A DNA stretch of 64,000 bases from Amphiscolops sp. MND2022 (Eukaryota), in NCBI GenBank assembly GCA_964187785.1, contig OZ076410.1:28396001-28460000 (forward strand). Direction: 5' to 3'. The position numbers were made by a program, and so were the translations under genes. The notes under the pieces were generated by a model, which did not search any database, was not told the DNA's origin, and saw only the letters and a program-made list of their open reading frames with translations. Each line of letters opens with the position of its first letter. Position 1 is the stretch's first letter. This document shows, one piece after another, positions 49,511 to 61,572 of this stretch.

Positions 49511-50660
49511 CTTAGGAGTAGCCTTGCTCGGAATCCAGTCTGAGTAACTTCTTCGTAATAACTGCATTTGCACTTTCTACAGTGCCATTACCCAAGGACT
49601 ATAACCAGCTGTCGTTTTCACTGTGAAATTGAACGTCTTCCACTGTGAAATTGAACGCCGTTGTCTGTCTAAATGCCCACACGCGGGGGGGGGGGCGAAA
49701 ACGTTCACGAAACTGCTTCATAATAACTTTCGCGGATTTCGACTTGATGATTACACCGGCACTGAGGCGACTAAAAACATCGATGATATGAATATAATAT
49801 AGTTTGTGCTCCAATTCGTGAAGATCCATGGCAACCACTTCATTAAACGATTTCGCAAGAGGCAACCCAACGACTGGCTTGGGTTTCGTCCTTGTAAATC
49901 TAGCGCATGTTTCGCATTTCTGACTCAACCGCTCTAACATTGTTTTGACCCGATTATTGACAGGCTTACCACTCGAGGAGTCTTTCATCGCTTGGAAGAG
50001 TTTTTCGAATGCGGAATGGGCAAACTGCAAGTGTATGTTCCTTTATATTTTCTTCAAGTCACAATCGCTAGCATAGGATATATCGCAACAGCGTGGAGAA
50101 CTATATTTGGAACCTGTGCATCTATTCTCACTGAGAGTGGCACAGCATAGTGACCATTTGATGTTTGGTATGATTCAACAACGCGTCCGAACATTGAAAT
50201 ACTGTTATTTGCAAAGGCGATTTTGTCTGGACCTTTCTCAATGATTCTTTAATCAAAAGTAGAGGATTGTTTCGTTCCACAATTTCGGTTTGTATTGTAC
50301 AGGATTTGTCTGTCATAACAACTGGGATTCTCACAAACTGAACGGATCGCACCACTGGAGCGTGTCCAAACTTAAATGGAGTTTCAATAGGATCGGTAAT
50401 AATCTGCAAATGTTCATTGTCTGTAAGATGGTGAACAAAATCGTCAAACAAGCTCTGCCACAGAGAGTCCTTGTACATGAAGTGTCACGAATGGCGGATT
50501 TCATTGCTTCAGCTGTAAATACTTCCACCGGAATATCAGGAAAAGTTATCAGAACCATATCAACGTTTACCTCATTTCGTTCCGAGGCAATCGAATTTTC
50601 GTCAATATAGGCTCCCTCTTTTCGATGAGGACAGTTTCGTTCATTGTGATAACTCAATTA
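49511..50660 (-). mobile_element. Ty1/copia 5' piece (protease region and integrase)
   Basis: AIRDTSCTRTLCG; CETCARF...GLPLAKSFNEVVAMDL...HIIDVFSR; SLGNGTVESANAVI. Confidence 0.85.
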
Positions 50661-50896
50661 CCACCACAAATGAATTGATATGTTGAAGCTTGGTTGTACT
50701 TGACCCGATTTAGCCAAAATGTTTCTCCACAAATCAACAAATGTGAAATTTTACCCTTTCACAGAGACCGATAAAGAATTGCTTGAAAAAATACGAGACG
50801 ATATGGTTGGTGGTCCATCCATTGCATTTACAAGAGAAGCTGTTGTGGACGAGACGCTTATCCGGATTTCAGCAAACGTTTGTAAATCAATAGTAG
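50661..50896 (+). pseudogene. ~235-bp orphan fragment of VSR-type pPolB outside the TIR
   Basis: CLHKST...GGPSIAFTREAVVDETLIRISANVCKSIVG. Confidence 0.85.
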
Positions 50897-53350
50897 GGAC
50901 TGGGATGCCGGCGCAGCAGGAAAATTGACGACACGGAGCGGGTCGTGATATAATTTTTTATGATAAGGTCGTGATAAGGATCTTAGAGAGATCAGACATG
51001 ATCGTTTTTCTCGGAGACGTTTTAATCTCATCGAGATATTCAGTCTGGATTTTTAGAGATATACGCGGACCTGCTACGTAGTTTTTCGGTTTGATTATTA
51101 TCAGATGTTGAAGTTTCAAACTCTCCGGAGACCATCTCAGCTACTGTTTTCCTTTTCTCGCTCCTTGTAGTCATTTATATGTGGAAAAAATCTTTGAAAC
51201 AGTGAATTTGTCCAAGAAACTTTTATCGATGAATTGTATTAGACACAACAATAAAAAGACTGACTAACTTTACATGTTATTTCTAGCCATAAAAACCTTT
51301 CTAGCATCATTTGTTCCTCACCTAAATTCCTAGGTATCCTAAAAGATGGGTTTGGTCACTAGAAACTCCTAATTTCCCAAGTCACTTCAATCCTGCGTCA
51401 TAAAGTTAGGTATCGAAATTCCTAGTTGCGTCAGCATTACGTGAAATTTGTTGAAAACATTTTTGTTCATGCTAGCACAATCCCTGTTTAGTCTTGAAAT
51501 GGCGGCAAAATGAAGGATCTTCAATTTTTTCATCAGCGAAAACACGCCGGCGTGATCAATTAGTCAATTTCCTAGTTGAGAAATTTGAAGATCAGGATAA
51601 AAGTATGACACGCAAAAATGGCGACGTAACTGAAACGGAATGAAACTATTCAAGAGTGAGGGAAGAATTCTAAGATTGATGAAAAGGAACAATTGATGCT
51701 AAGTATTACATATTCCAGCGATCACTGCGAATTAGTTTAACAACTTCATGTTTAGTTTAATAACAAAACACAACTTTTAATCGGAAGCCTTACGGCTAAC
51801 AAGACCACTTCGTAATAAAACACCAAGTACCAATTGGTTATCAAATAAAATCAACAGTTTTTGCGCAACAATCATGTTTTTCATTACAGAACACAACAAG
51901 GGCTTACATAAATATATCAGTTCAAAAGAGATGCGAAAACATTAATCACGTTGCCCTTACGTTGAGTTTGGGATAATTTCTTAAATTATGAATCATATTT
52001 GTGTTGGATCTTTCAAGTTTGATTCGCTAGAAATTTCAGATATTACGTAGGGTGATCGTGACATCATGATTGGTAATTTAGTACAAATTCGAAACTCCAA
52101 ATATGTGAATACAATTTCACAATCCTCCCTTACAGTACAGATTTTGCCATATGAAATTCTTTTCCTAAAGTTCTCTTAATGCATCGTTTCTTGAAGAAAT
52201 TCCTTTCGAAACTAGCTCAAAATGCCAATTTGCTGTTACAATCTTACAATTCGCTCCGTAACGTCTCCGTACGTATTAAGATTGGGCATAGCTGAACGGC
52301 GTTCACCGGAGGATGCGTAGAGGGTAGGTCTTATTCGAATGAGCGCAAATAACTCAACCAAGAAAGCGACGCTATTGTTCCGTGAAAATAGAAACAACAG
52401 TTACTAGTTCCGCTGAGTTACGTTGTCAGTACGTTGTGGTTATTCTTTTAACCTAATTGATTGTAGTTCAAGTGAATTTTGTCAACCACTTTAATGTTGG
52501 AAATTAACCCACTATGTTGCTTTGTATGTTTTTCATTTTATATTATATGAATTCCGTTGGGATTACGGAGTTGAAGTTTATCTTCAATGTTTTCTTTTCA
52601 GGGCGGAAAAGGATAACTAATTTTCCGTTACGTAATTTGTTTCTGTTTTGCTATTTAAATCAGTATATGAATCTCAGCAAATAGACAGGAAGTTAAAATG
52701 ATCACGTGTAAAATGTTAAACCGGAAGTTTTAGTTAGGTTATTATCATTTCCAAAATTGTTCCGTGACGCTTACGTGAATTGTTTTACTCAGAAAACATG
52801 TCTACGAATCGTTTAGCTGTACTGTGTGTAAAATTAAACTGAAGTTTTCGTTTTTAAGCATACTTGCTGTAACCGTGTCCAAGGATTTTGTAAATTTTTG
52901 TGATGTCGGTGCAGCAAGATAACTGAGGACCAGGAGCGGGTCGTGACATCAAAGTAAGTACTTTTTTCAGTTTCTGGAAGCTTTGCTTGCAGAAGAACTA
53001 CATGTTCGACAAATATTTTATTGACGTTTTCTTGTTCAGTTTCCTAAACCGTCACTCGGTGTAAATTCAGATTTAGGTGTCTCTTTTTCTGGATAACATT
53101 TTTGTTTTCTCGAAAGTTTCCGAGACGGCACACTTCTGTTACGTATGTTTTGCTTTGTGTTATTTCGTTTTGACTTGCTGATCTGATCTTTTTGGGACTC
53201 GATGGTTTTCGTTTTTGGTAAGGCCACGTTTTCCCCGTGAGTCCTGTCACGTGTGTTATATAACTACACTTCAGCAGAGAGCCTCCACCTCAGAATACGG
53301 ACATTGTTGCTTGCAGAAGAACTACATGTATACAAATAAATTCTTGGAAC

Positions 53351-53820
53351 GGTGCCGTTGTAAGTTCGCCATATTTAAGTTCGCCACGTATAAGTTAGCC
53401 CGTAAAACTTAGCCACGTTTAAGTTAGCCACAATAAAAGATCGCCACGTTTATTTTCGCCACATTTCAGCTAATGAAAGAATTCCATATCAGCGAATATT
53501 TTCATTTGGTTTTATTTAGTGGCAATTAGCATACTTGTTGTATGGCTCGGTCGCTTCGCTCCCTTCGCCAAGTAGCAACATTGAGGCATGGCCATATGGC
53601 ACGTCGCTCCGCTTCGCTTCGCTCCTGCATTTAGGGCACTAGGGGTATGTGAACATATCTGACTACGTTATCGTAATTTTGAATGCTCGAATTTGATTGG
53701 CCGAAAATGTGGCGAAATTGTATGTGGCGAACATATATGGTGGCTAAATTAAATATGGCTAAGATTTACGGGCTAACTTATATGTGGCGAACTTAAAAGT
53801 GGCGAACTTAAACGGACACG
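53351..53820. mobile_element. Mutator-like MITE with 9-bp TSD
   Basis: TSD tcttggaac at 53342-53350 and 53821-53829; imperfect TIR ggtgccgttgtaagttcgcc / ggcgaacttaaacggacacg with subterminal aagttcgcc repeats. Confidence 0.82.
53535..53670. repeat. ~150-bp dispersed repeat, copy 2 (inside the MITE)
   Basis: Matches 4880-5030. Confidence 0.85.
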
Positions 53821-54509
53821 TCTTGGAACCTATCTTGGATGACATGGTAAGATCTTGGATTTCATTATGGATATCTTGACAATATCTTGGATTTCATATT
53901 GGATATCTTGACAAAATCTTTGATTCCATCTTGGATTTCTTCGAAGATCTTCCCAGAACTTGCAAGGGAACTCTTTGCGCCTAAAAAACTTTTCCTGCTG
54001 TCCTTAATCATGTTTGTAAAAAACGAAACGAGGACTCTTCTTGATAATTGAAATTTTTCCCGAAAAAAGTCACACAGTACCGAAAATAACCCTGAAATTC
54101 TTTTTATCTCCACATTTTTTCGTCAAAATTTGAAAGGGAGGTTTTGTTACTTCGTAGGAATTTCTTTGAAATTTTGGCATTTGGCATTCAAATGGTCACT
54201 TAGACCGGGTTTTTAAAAAAGAAAATTCCACTATGAAAGTCTTGATCTATTCCATGACTAAAAAGCTGTTTATTCAAATCAAACTAAGTCAGGTAAAAAG
54301 TTTTTAAATTGCTGTTTTAATTATCCCCTCACGACACGATATGCAAAAGTGCGTGAGGTGATTTTCAAATAATTAGATGTTTTTAGTTGGAAATATTCTG
54401 TTACTCTTCCGTTTCCAAACATTTTTAAGATTGTAGGTGTTGTATTGTTTCCCAACTCATCTTGGAACAGTTTACGAAAACAATTGCAGTGCCGTTGATA
54501 ATGAATTCA

Positions 54510-54869
54510 TTACCTTGGAAGCGTTTTGTTGGAACTAACGTTCCTAAAGTTATTGTTAGTTTCGGGGTTTCCATTTAGTTCAGGTTCGATATCATGATGT
54601 GGAATAGAACCCGAGGGTTCTGTGGCAGGATTCGAGAGGCCATCTACCTTCGAGGTCAAGTTTTCGATCATTCTCAACATTTCTCTCTGTCCAAATTCTG
54701 CGTCTCTTAACCGCTTAGATATTCGATTTTCGATTTTGTTCGAAATGTCTAAGGAATCTTGCTCGGTTAAACAAGTATTTTCATCAGAGGCTTGACTAGT
54801 TGTCTCAGCGTTTTCCAAACTACTGCCTTGGTCACTCCTAAGTTTCCTTTTCTGGGATTTCTCAGGCAT
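54510..54869 (-). CDS. Unknown ORF or exon with coiled-coil-like segment (possibly retroelement gag N-terminus)
   Basis: MPEKSQKRKLRSD...KIENRISKRLRDAEFGQREMLRMIENLTSKVD; ends near an AAG|GTAATG donor-like site. Confidence 0.35.
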   Translation of the reverse strand: MPEKSQKRKLRSDQGSSLENAETTSQASDENTCLTEQDSLDISNKIENRISKRLRDAEFGQREMLRMIENLTSKVDGLSNPATEPSGSIPHHDIEPELNGNPETNNNFRNVSSNKTLPR

Positions 54870-56474
54870 TGTTTAAAATTGGAGTATTTGAACGAGTCAA
54901 TTCTTCTGATTTATCGAACAGGTAATTAATTCAAAGGATTTCAGAACGAGGTTTTCCAGATATACAAATGTGGTTTTAAATCCAAAGAGGAAAATTAACC
55001 AATAAATGAAAATGGTGCAATCAATAATTAGAGTACTCAAAATTCAAAACTTGAAAATTACGAAGTCATTGAGTTCAACAAAATCAAATCAACAATTAAG
55101 TTTCCCCTTTTTCCCGCTTCAGGTATATATACTTTTCGCTAGACACGCGTGATAAATCCCGCTCGTGAATTCACACTTCGTTCAGCTCGGCGTCCTTCCG
55201 AGGCAAGAAAATCCAAATTAGGTACGTTTCCTCGGGACTCGGCTTTCAGTTTCATCTCACTTCAAAGGAAAAGTGAGAAACAACTTCCTGCCGAAGTCCC
55301 AATTCCGCGTACCTTTCTCCTTCATTTCCCGCCAATTCAGGACGCCGAACCGAAGTTAGCACTGAAATTCATGGACCTAGCTACTGACGCGGGAAAGGGA
55401 AATGAAATTTACATCGAAGAAAATGGAACTTTAAACAAAATAAATTGCACTAAATTGTGAAAATGGGATTTCAGGCAGTATTAATCTCATTAATCGAACA
55501 CGAAATGGCCAGTTCACTGATCATAATTCTGGTCGAACACCAGGGCGATTTATTGAGTTGGTTTACAGGGACACTTGACCGGATATTAAACACCATAAAT
55601 TAGCACAGGGGGGGTTTAACACAACTTTAACGGCTTCAATAAGTACTATATGCCGTTCAATCAATAATTAATCAGAACAAATTGATAATTAACACTTATC
55701 ACAACATAATTAATCTTTTACTCATTCTCAACTAAAACGGTTGCCCCGGCGGTCGTCCCGGGGTGGAGTATTAGCAACACAGTAATATTTGAACAAAACA
55801 CTGCACGATGAGCGAAATAATGCTCTGGTGGGAGAATTAGACCAAATTAACTATATTAGTTAAGTTGCTTTAATGATTAATGCACAGTTATATTGATTAC
55901 ATTTGAATGGTTGTCCCGGTGGTTGTCCCATTTTTGGAAATTAGATTTGGACGACCAGGCGGTTGACCTGAACATTAAATCAAATACTTTCATCGTTTAG
56001 ATACTTCAACATTTCCATCGGTTATTCATTGGTGGTTAGAGCTTCTTTTAAGTTCTGTGTTCACATTAAAATGGTACAGCATTTTATGTAGTAATATTAT
56101 TGCTTCGGTTATTTGAAGCGTGCGACCAGGCGTGCGTCCCAGCACTCGGTTGACTGGTGAGCTGCCTGGTCTTGCTGTTCAGCTAGCGCGGTGTATTTGC
56201 GCTAATCGCTGATTGGTCCGATGAAATTAGAATGAAATTAGTCTGCTTTAGCTCCGTTGTTATTGTAGCGGTAAATTGATCAGCGTGCTGGCCGAGTTAA
56301 TTTCGTTCGATATGCTGGTCGCTTTACTGTAAACAAATCACACCGATAGCACTTTAGTATTATTTAAGTATTTACATATTTATGTATTTTAGGTACTGCG
56401 CTGGGTTACTAATGTTTGTTAGGTGGTTTAATTGGATTGTTTGTTAATTGTTTCTTTCAGGGTCAGTGATGTTT

Positions 56475-57106
56475 CTACTCGGTCCTTTTCTGGGTGATTT
56501 CTCCATTGCCTTCCTTTGGCGTTCTCCTTGTATTCAATATTTCGCTGCTCCCTGAGGGCTGCGACAGTCCCCTGCTTTGGTGAGGGACGTCCACTATGGG
56601 AGGTAATGGAGAAATTGGCCTGAAAGGCGACGATATTGGCGGTTGAAATACAGATTGTACCGTTGAGTCGTAGGATAGCCAAGACGAATCAGTCGTCCAG
56701 TCGCTGCCCGAGAAAGAGCCAATTGAGCTGGTATCAGATATTGGGCTCATTGTCCCGTCGTTGGGACTGTATAACCAGCTATTCATGTTGTCATAATTCC
56801 TCGGTGGGATCATAAATATGTCGTCTGGTATAATCGGGTTGACGTTGGTAAATCTTCTGATGGTGAGTGTATCCTCTTGTGCCGTTGATAGTATTGAAGC
56901 TGGGGCTGTTTCGTGGTAAAGTACGATGTGTTCCCCCCGGTATTTATAATTTCGTTAACATCCTGAATAATAGGTGATTGTTCCGCCGAATAGGGGTTAT
57001 GTAGTGTTTTAGGTGTTGATTGCGCCGCGGGGTTATTCAAATAAGCGACCTGGTCGCGTTCCAGGATAAAGCTATCACTTGATAAATTGAAATCGAAAGA
57101 TGCCAT
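56475..57106 (-). other. Ser/Pro-rich overlapping ORFs of unknown origin
   Basis: ORFs 56810-57106 and 56475-56813 overlap by 4 nt; no motif recognised. Confidence 0.3.
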
Positions 57107-57418
57107 TGTATTACTGATGAAAGTAATCGGTTAAAGTAAAAAGGTTGCAGGTTGTGGATGAATGCTGAGCGACCGTCTCAGGAATAGCTGAATAATTGAA
57201 TGATAATTATGTTTTTTATAGTTGTTCACGTCGCTTGCGTAGTTGGGAAAGTTTTCAGCTGGCAGACTGATTGACTTCCATTACGTCATACTAATAATAT
57301 TGAATAAAAAGAATCTCACTGGTTTTACGCCACGTCTTCGTTTAAAATCCGTTGGTGTTATGAAATGGTACTTTTTAGAATTGCTTTGAGTTAAAGAAAG
57401 ACAGGAAAACAAGGAGGA

Positions 57419-60400
57419 ATGGCTGAGTCGACTGATGAGGATGCTGCACGCTTTATGCGCTGCCAAGAAATTGGTGTGTTGGAAAGTGAGTTCGAGTCAC
57501 AGGGCAATGGGGGAGGGAACACTGAGAATGAGTTGACTTCTGTGGGAGGACACGACGCGGGTGAAGATAGTTCCGGTGCTGATGACCGCATGAGGATCGT
57601 AGAGGAATCGGATGATGCTGAACGTGCGGTAGTAGCTCATTCTCCTCCTGTTGGTGATTCTGCCGGGCGACCTGTGGCTGGTTTTGGCCAGGTTGATGAG
57701 AGCGAAAGCGAGCAAGATGATGCCGAAGGAAAAGGAAACGATGACGATTCAGCCCGTTCCACTGAGAGTGACAAGAGGCATTCTTTAGACTATCTGTGCG
57801 ACCGACAGGGTAGGTCTCTTAGCTATTTGTTAGTGGCCAGCTAACAGTTTTATGCTAGTAATCAGACGCGTCATTCTTCTAATGGAATATGGGTTTGTGC
57901 AGGAGATAGTGATGATCCTCGCGATGTCGATTTTGTGCCTGGGGTTTCTGTCAGTGGTTCTGGTGGTCGCCCGAGTAAGCGCCCAGAGGTTACTACCAAG
58001 CGTTCGCGGGTTGCACCTTTGGATTCATCTGATGACAATGGTAGTGATGATTCGTTGTTCCTGCAGTTGCCCGAAACCAGTAGGTATCCGTTCTGCCATG
58101 GTCTTGCCAGTATAATGTTATTGAAATTGAGTACGAGGTATGTTTCTAGATAGTACTCCTCTGTTGCCTGGTACAAGGGCTCCCAATGAGTCTGGTCTCG
58201 CATCTAGCGCTGATGTCTGTGGAACTTCTGCCATTGTGAGTGGTGCCGCTACTTTGGATGCTGGGCAGTCTTCGGGAGCGCGTCGTGAGCGTACCCAACA
58301 TACTCGGCCTAGTATAGGTCTAGTGCGGCCTGTTCTCCACAATGAATGGGAGAATGGGGTGGTAATTTCTACTGACATTGGAAATTTTATTGTCATCTTT
58401 CACATGTGCTTCTGTGTATGGCGTTTTCGGCTTGTGGCTCAACCTGGTTATTGTTTTCAGCTGGTCTCGCAGATGTTCCTTCTGGGGCTGTGTGTCTGTC
58501 TGCATCGCAAGTGCTGGCATTTGGTCAGGCAGCTGTTAGACTGGAACGTAGTCAGAATCGGGAAAATGAGCGCAAATTATCGCGACGTTAGTTCTCTTTG
58601 TGGTTGAGTACGTTGTGTGTTTTGAGTTATTCTATCACTTGGTCTGTTCCTGCACTGCAGTCCAAACCGTCCCAGATGGACGTGGAAGAAGAGACTAAAC
58701 GCCGACTCTATGCGAAGCATGAGAGGAGAAAACGTCGACAAGTGGAGCGTAATGTGTTGCGCAAAGAAATGGCTAGTCATGCCCTGCCACAGTTATTTGT
58801 GAGCCGCCGATCCGATCGGAGCCCCAATGGGTTCAATTGTGCTGTGTGTCGTCGGGACAAGTCTTTCCTCAGTCGGGGTGAACCAGATATTTGGCGTCAC
58901 TTTACTCGCAAGAGCCATTTCGTAAAAGATCGTCGCTATCGTTTGGACCACGAAGATGTACTCTTTACCACCCGGTTTGATGAGGTGCCTGTGTCTTCGA
59001 TTTCTGCCGAGTTGCGAGCCGAGATAGAGAAAACTCCTCCTGTTGTCCTGGGGAAGAAAAATCCTTTCATAGAAGATGAGGTCGATGCTCTAGTGGGGGT
59101 GGTGTCGAACGGTCCGTCGTCAACCTTAGTCGGAGGCTTGTTTGAGTTGCTTCGAAGTGGGGGGTCTCATCGTTTCCTGAGACGATTGTGGAGTCAGTTC
59201 CAGGCAGCCCTCCCTGTGGATTCTAGTTGCGCCCATGCGACTTGGAGCAAGACGGAAACTTTAGTGATCATTGGGCAAACTCTCTATCCGCGGATTCTTC
59301 GCCGGGTTCAAGGATGGATAAAGGACTCGTTCTTCAGTTTGAGTTTGCGGGACGATCAGGATGGTCTGCGATTTTACGTGCATTGTTTTGCAAATGGCAC
59401 TCTACGGGAAGTTTGTGTCTTGTGGGAACCCAATTTACCAGGTCTCTGTGATTCCGAGATTGTTGGTCTGTCTCGGGTGTTTGCCATCCTGCCCGCTGGA
59501 CAGTCGCCTGTTTGCTTGCGAGGCTTTCCGTCCACACTCTTCAATGTGGTGACTGAGTGGTGTATCACGCAGGGTCGACCTAAACCTGTGTTCGTTTCTG
59601 AGTATACTCCGAAGGTGTTCAAAGAGCATGTTCAGGAAGCGGGCAAGAATGGTTCGAGTGCTTCGGACTGCTTTTCTCTTCTCGAATATTTATTATTGCG
59701 CCGACATCGTGCCCTGAATCAGTCCTGGTTGCTTGGACTTGCAACATTGCGGCGTTGTGTTTAGCAGCGAGACATCCCCTTCTCTTCTCTCAGTGTTGTT
59801 CTTGATGAGATCGTCAGTCACTGGGGAGATATTAAGCTGTTTTTGGGCGAAGGCGTTGTTGTTTCAACATCCCGGAGCAAGGTTCCGCAGGACTTGTGTC
59901 AGATGGTGTTGGCTGATGACCATATTTTGCCTCGACTTTGTGTACTTCAGGTGTTGGTTCTGTGCTTCATGGCCAATTTCGAGAAGCAATTCGTGGCTGA
60001 GATTACAGACTATAGCTGCCGAAATTACGCTGTATTCTGCTTCTTTTATTGGAGTTTGCTCAGCAAAGGTAAAAAAAGTGTCTGACCTGCCTGAAATTGA
60101 TGCCTGGAGCGATTATGTTGGCAAACCTTTGACGACCTGGCCGAACTTAGCATATGTGGAATGTCTGGCGGGAGAGCCCATTGTGGTGAAGGCACTGGCT
60201 GGATGTACCGTTGCAATACGCCGTTCCTTTCTTCATGAAAGTCACTCTCTGCTTATGAGTTTCCTGAGAGTGGTGAAGGAGTCTGCCTTCATGAATTCTC
60301 GCCTTTCGTCCAGTTTGAGTTGTTTTTCGCCGGATATGTTACTCTTAGGCGACGAATCTTATGCTGTGAAGCTGTTTCGCGGTCTGGTTGCTTTTTACCA

Positions 60401-61234
60401 AGAGTGTGGGCGATTGACTGCCATAGAAGCTGAAGGATCCTGTAACGAGTTCAAGTCGTTCTTGGTGGAGTTGCGTCGACGGAATCGACGGATAGTGTCC
60501 ACTATCAAAGACACTTTTAGTTTTATGCGGGAGTCCGAGGCTTTCAGTTGTCGAGACCATTTGTCACGGGTTGTTCAGTTGTCCTCAGTTCTGGTGGTGC
60601 CGCGCGAAGTATCATATCCTGATGTGGACATCTCGTTGAGTGGTGTGGCTGTTCCATCGAAGATCCTTACCTCAGCTATTCTGTCTGTGCAATCCTACGT
60701 TTCATTCTCTGGTTTCAGTTCCGGGGAATGGCTAACAAAGGACTGTCTGGACGATCTGAAGGCCAATCTTCCTGCTGGGAAAAACTTATTAATGATGCTA
60801 CTTTCTCTCCGTGGACTCCAGTGTATCTGCATTGTCGCCAAGAGTTGTACCGCAGTTTACGTGACTGTTTTGATGCCGATTTTTTAGAGCGGATGGACGA
60901 CTGGCGACATCGATTAAGCACTTTATCGAAATTGTCGGTTGCGGGAACTGGTGGTTCGAGTGTTTCTCCATCTGCTGAAGCTGCTGTTGCAACTCCTCAG
61001 GCCAGTTCCAGTGTGCTGTGTGATGCTGCCAGTACAAAAGGGGTTTCTCCTGGTACGCCACCTCCTTCTAGTGCTGTTGCCATTGATAAGTCGCTACTGG
61101 TATGCAGTCATGTGCGGTCCAGTGACGTTACTTGGGTTTTGCAGCAAAGACGACAAGAGCGTGAAGAGATGGCATCTTCGGAGCAATCGCCTTCAAATAC
61201 TTCGAGAGACAAGAAGAAAGGGGGCAAGCGATAA
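57419..61234 (+). pseudogene. Long degenerate ORF: acidic low-complexity N-terminus, BED-like zinc finger, hAT-transposase-like body
   Basis: FNCAVCRRDKSFLSRGEPDIWRHFTRKSH; SKTETLVIIGQTLYP...FFSLSLRDD; SLSCFSPD...LSRVVQLSSVLVVP; broken into frames 58598-59764, 59733-60887 and 60728-61234. Confidence 0.55.
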
Positions 61235-61572
61235 TGGCTCCTTAGTTTGTTGAAACATTGAACTGTGTGATTTTCCCCAGTGTGTTGTTTGATTACTGTT
61301 GGCTTTCTTTGGCCTCTTTGTTATATATTCATGTTGTTGAATGAGTCAAATTTGTTAATCTCTTGTAGTTAGTGAGGAAGTAGAAGCTAAGAAACTGATA
61401 TTCGTCCAGTGTGGGCGTGGAACATCTTGTAGTATATTTTTTTCCTTGTACTGTTTTCTTCTAAGTTCGTAGTGAAGTCTGAGGGAAGTTGAGATAATAT
61501 AGGGCAGTAGATTAGACGAATATCATTCCAAACAATTAAGTATATACAGTTTTTATAAAATCGGGTTGGCGT

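Noticed and set aside
53850-53960. atatcttggat microrepeats as a regulatory array
   Set aside because: Short low-complexity degenerate repeats with no supporting context.
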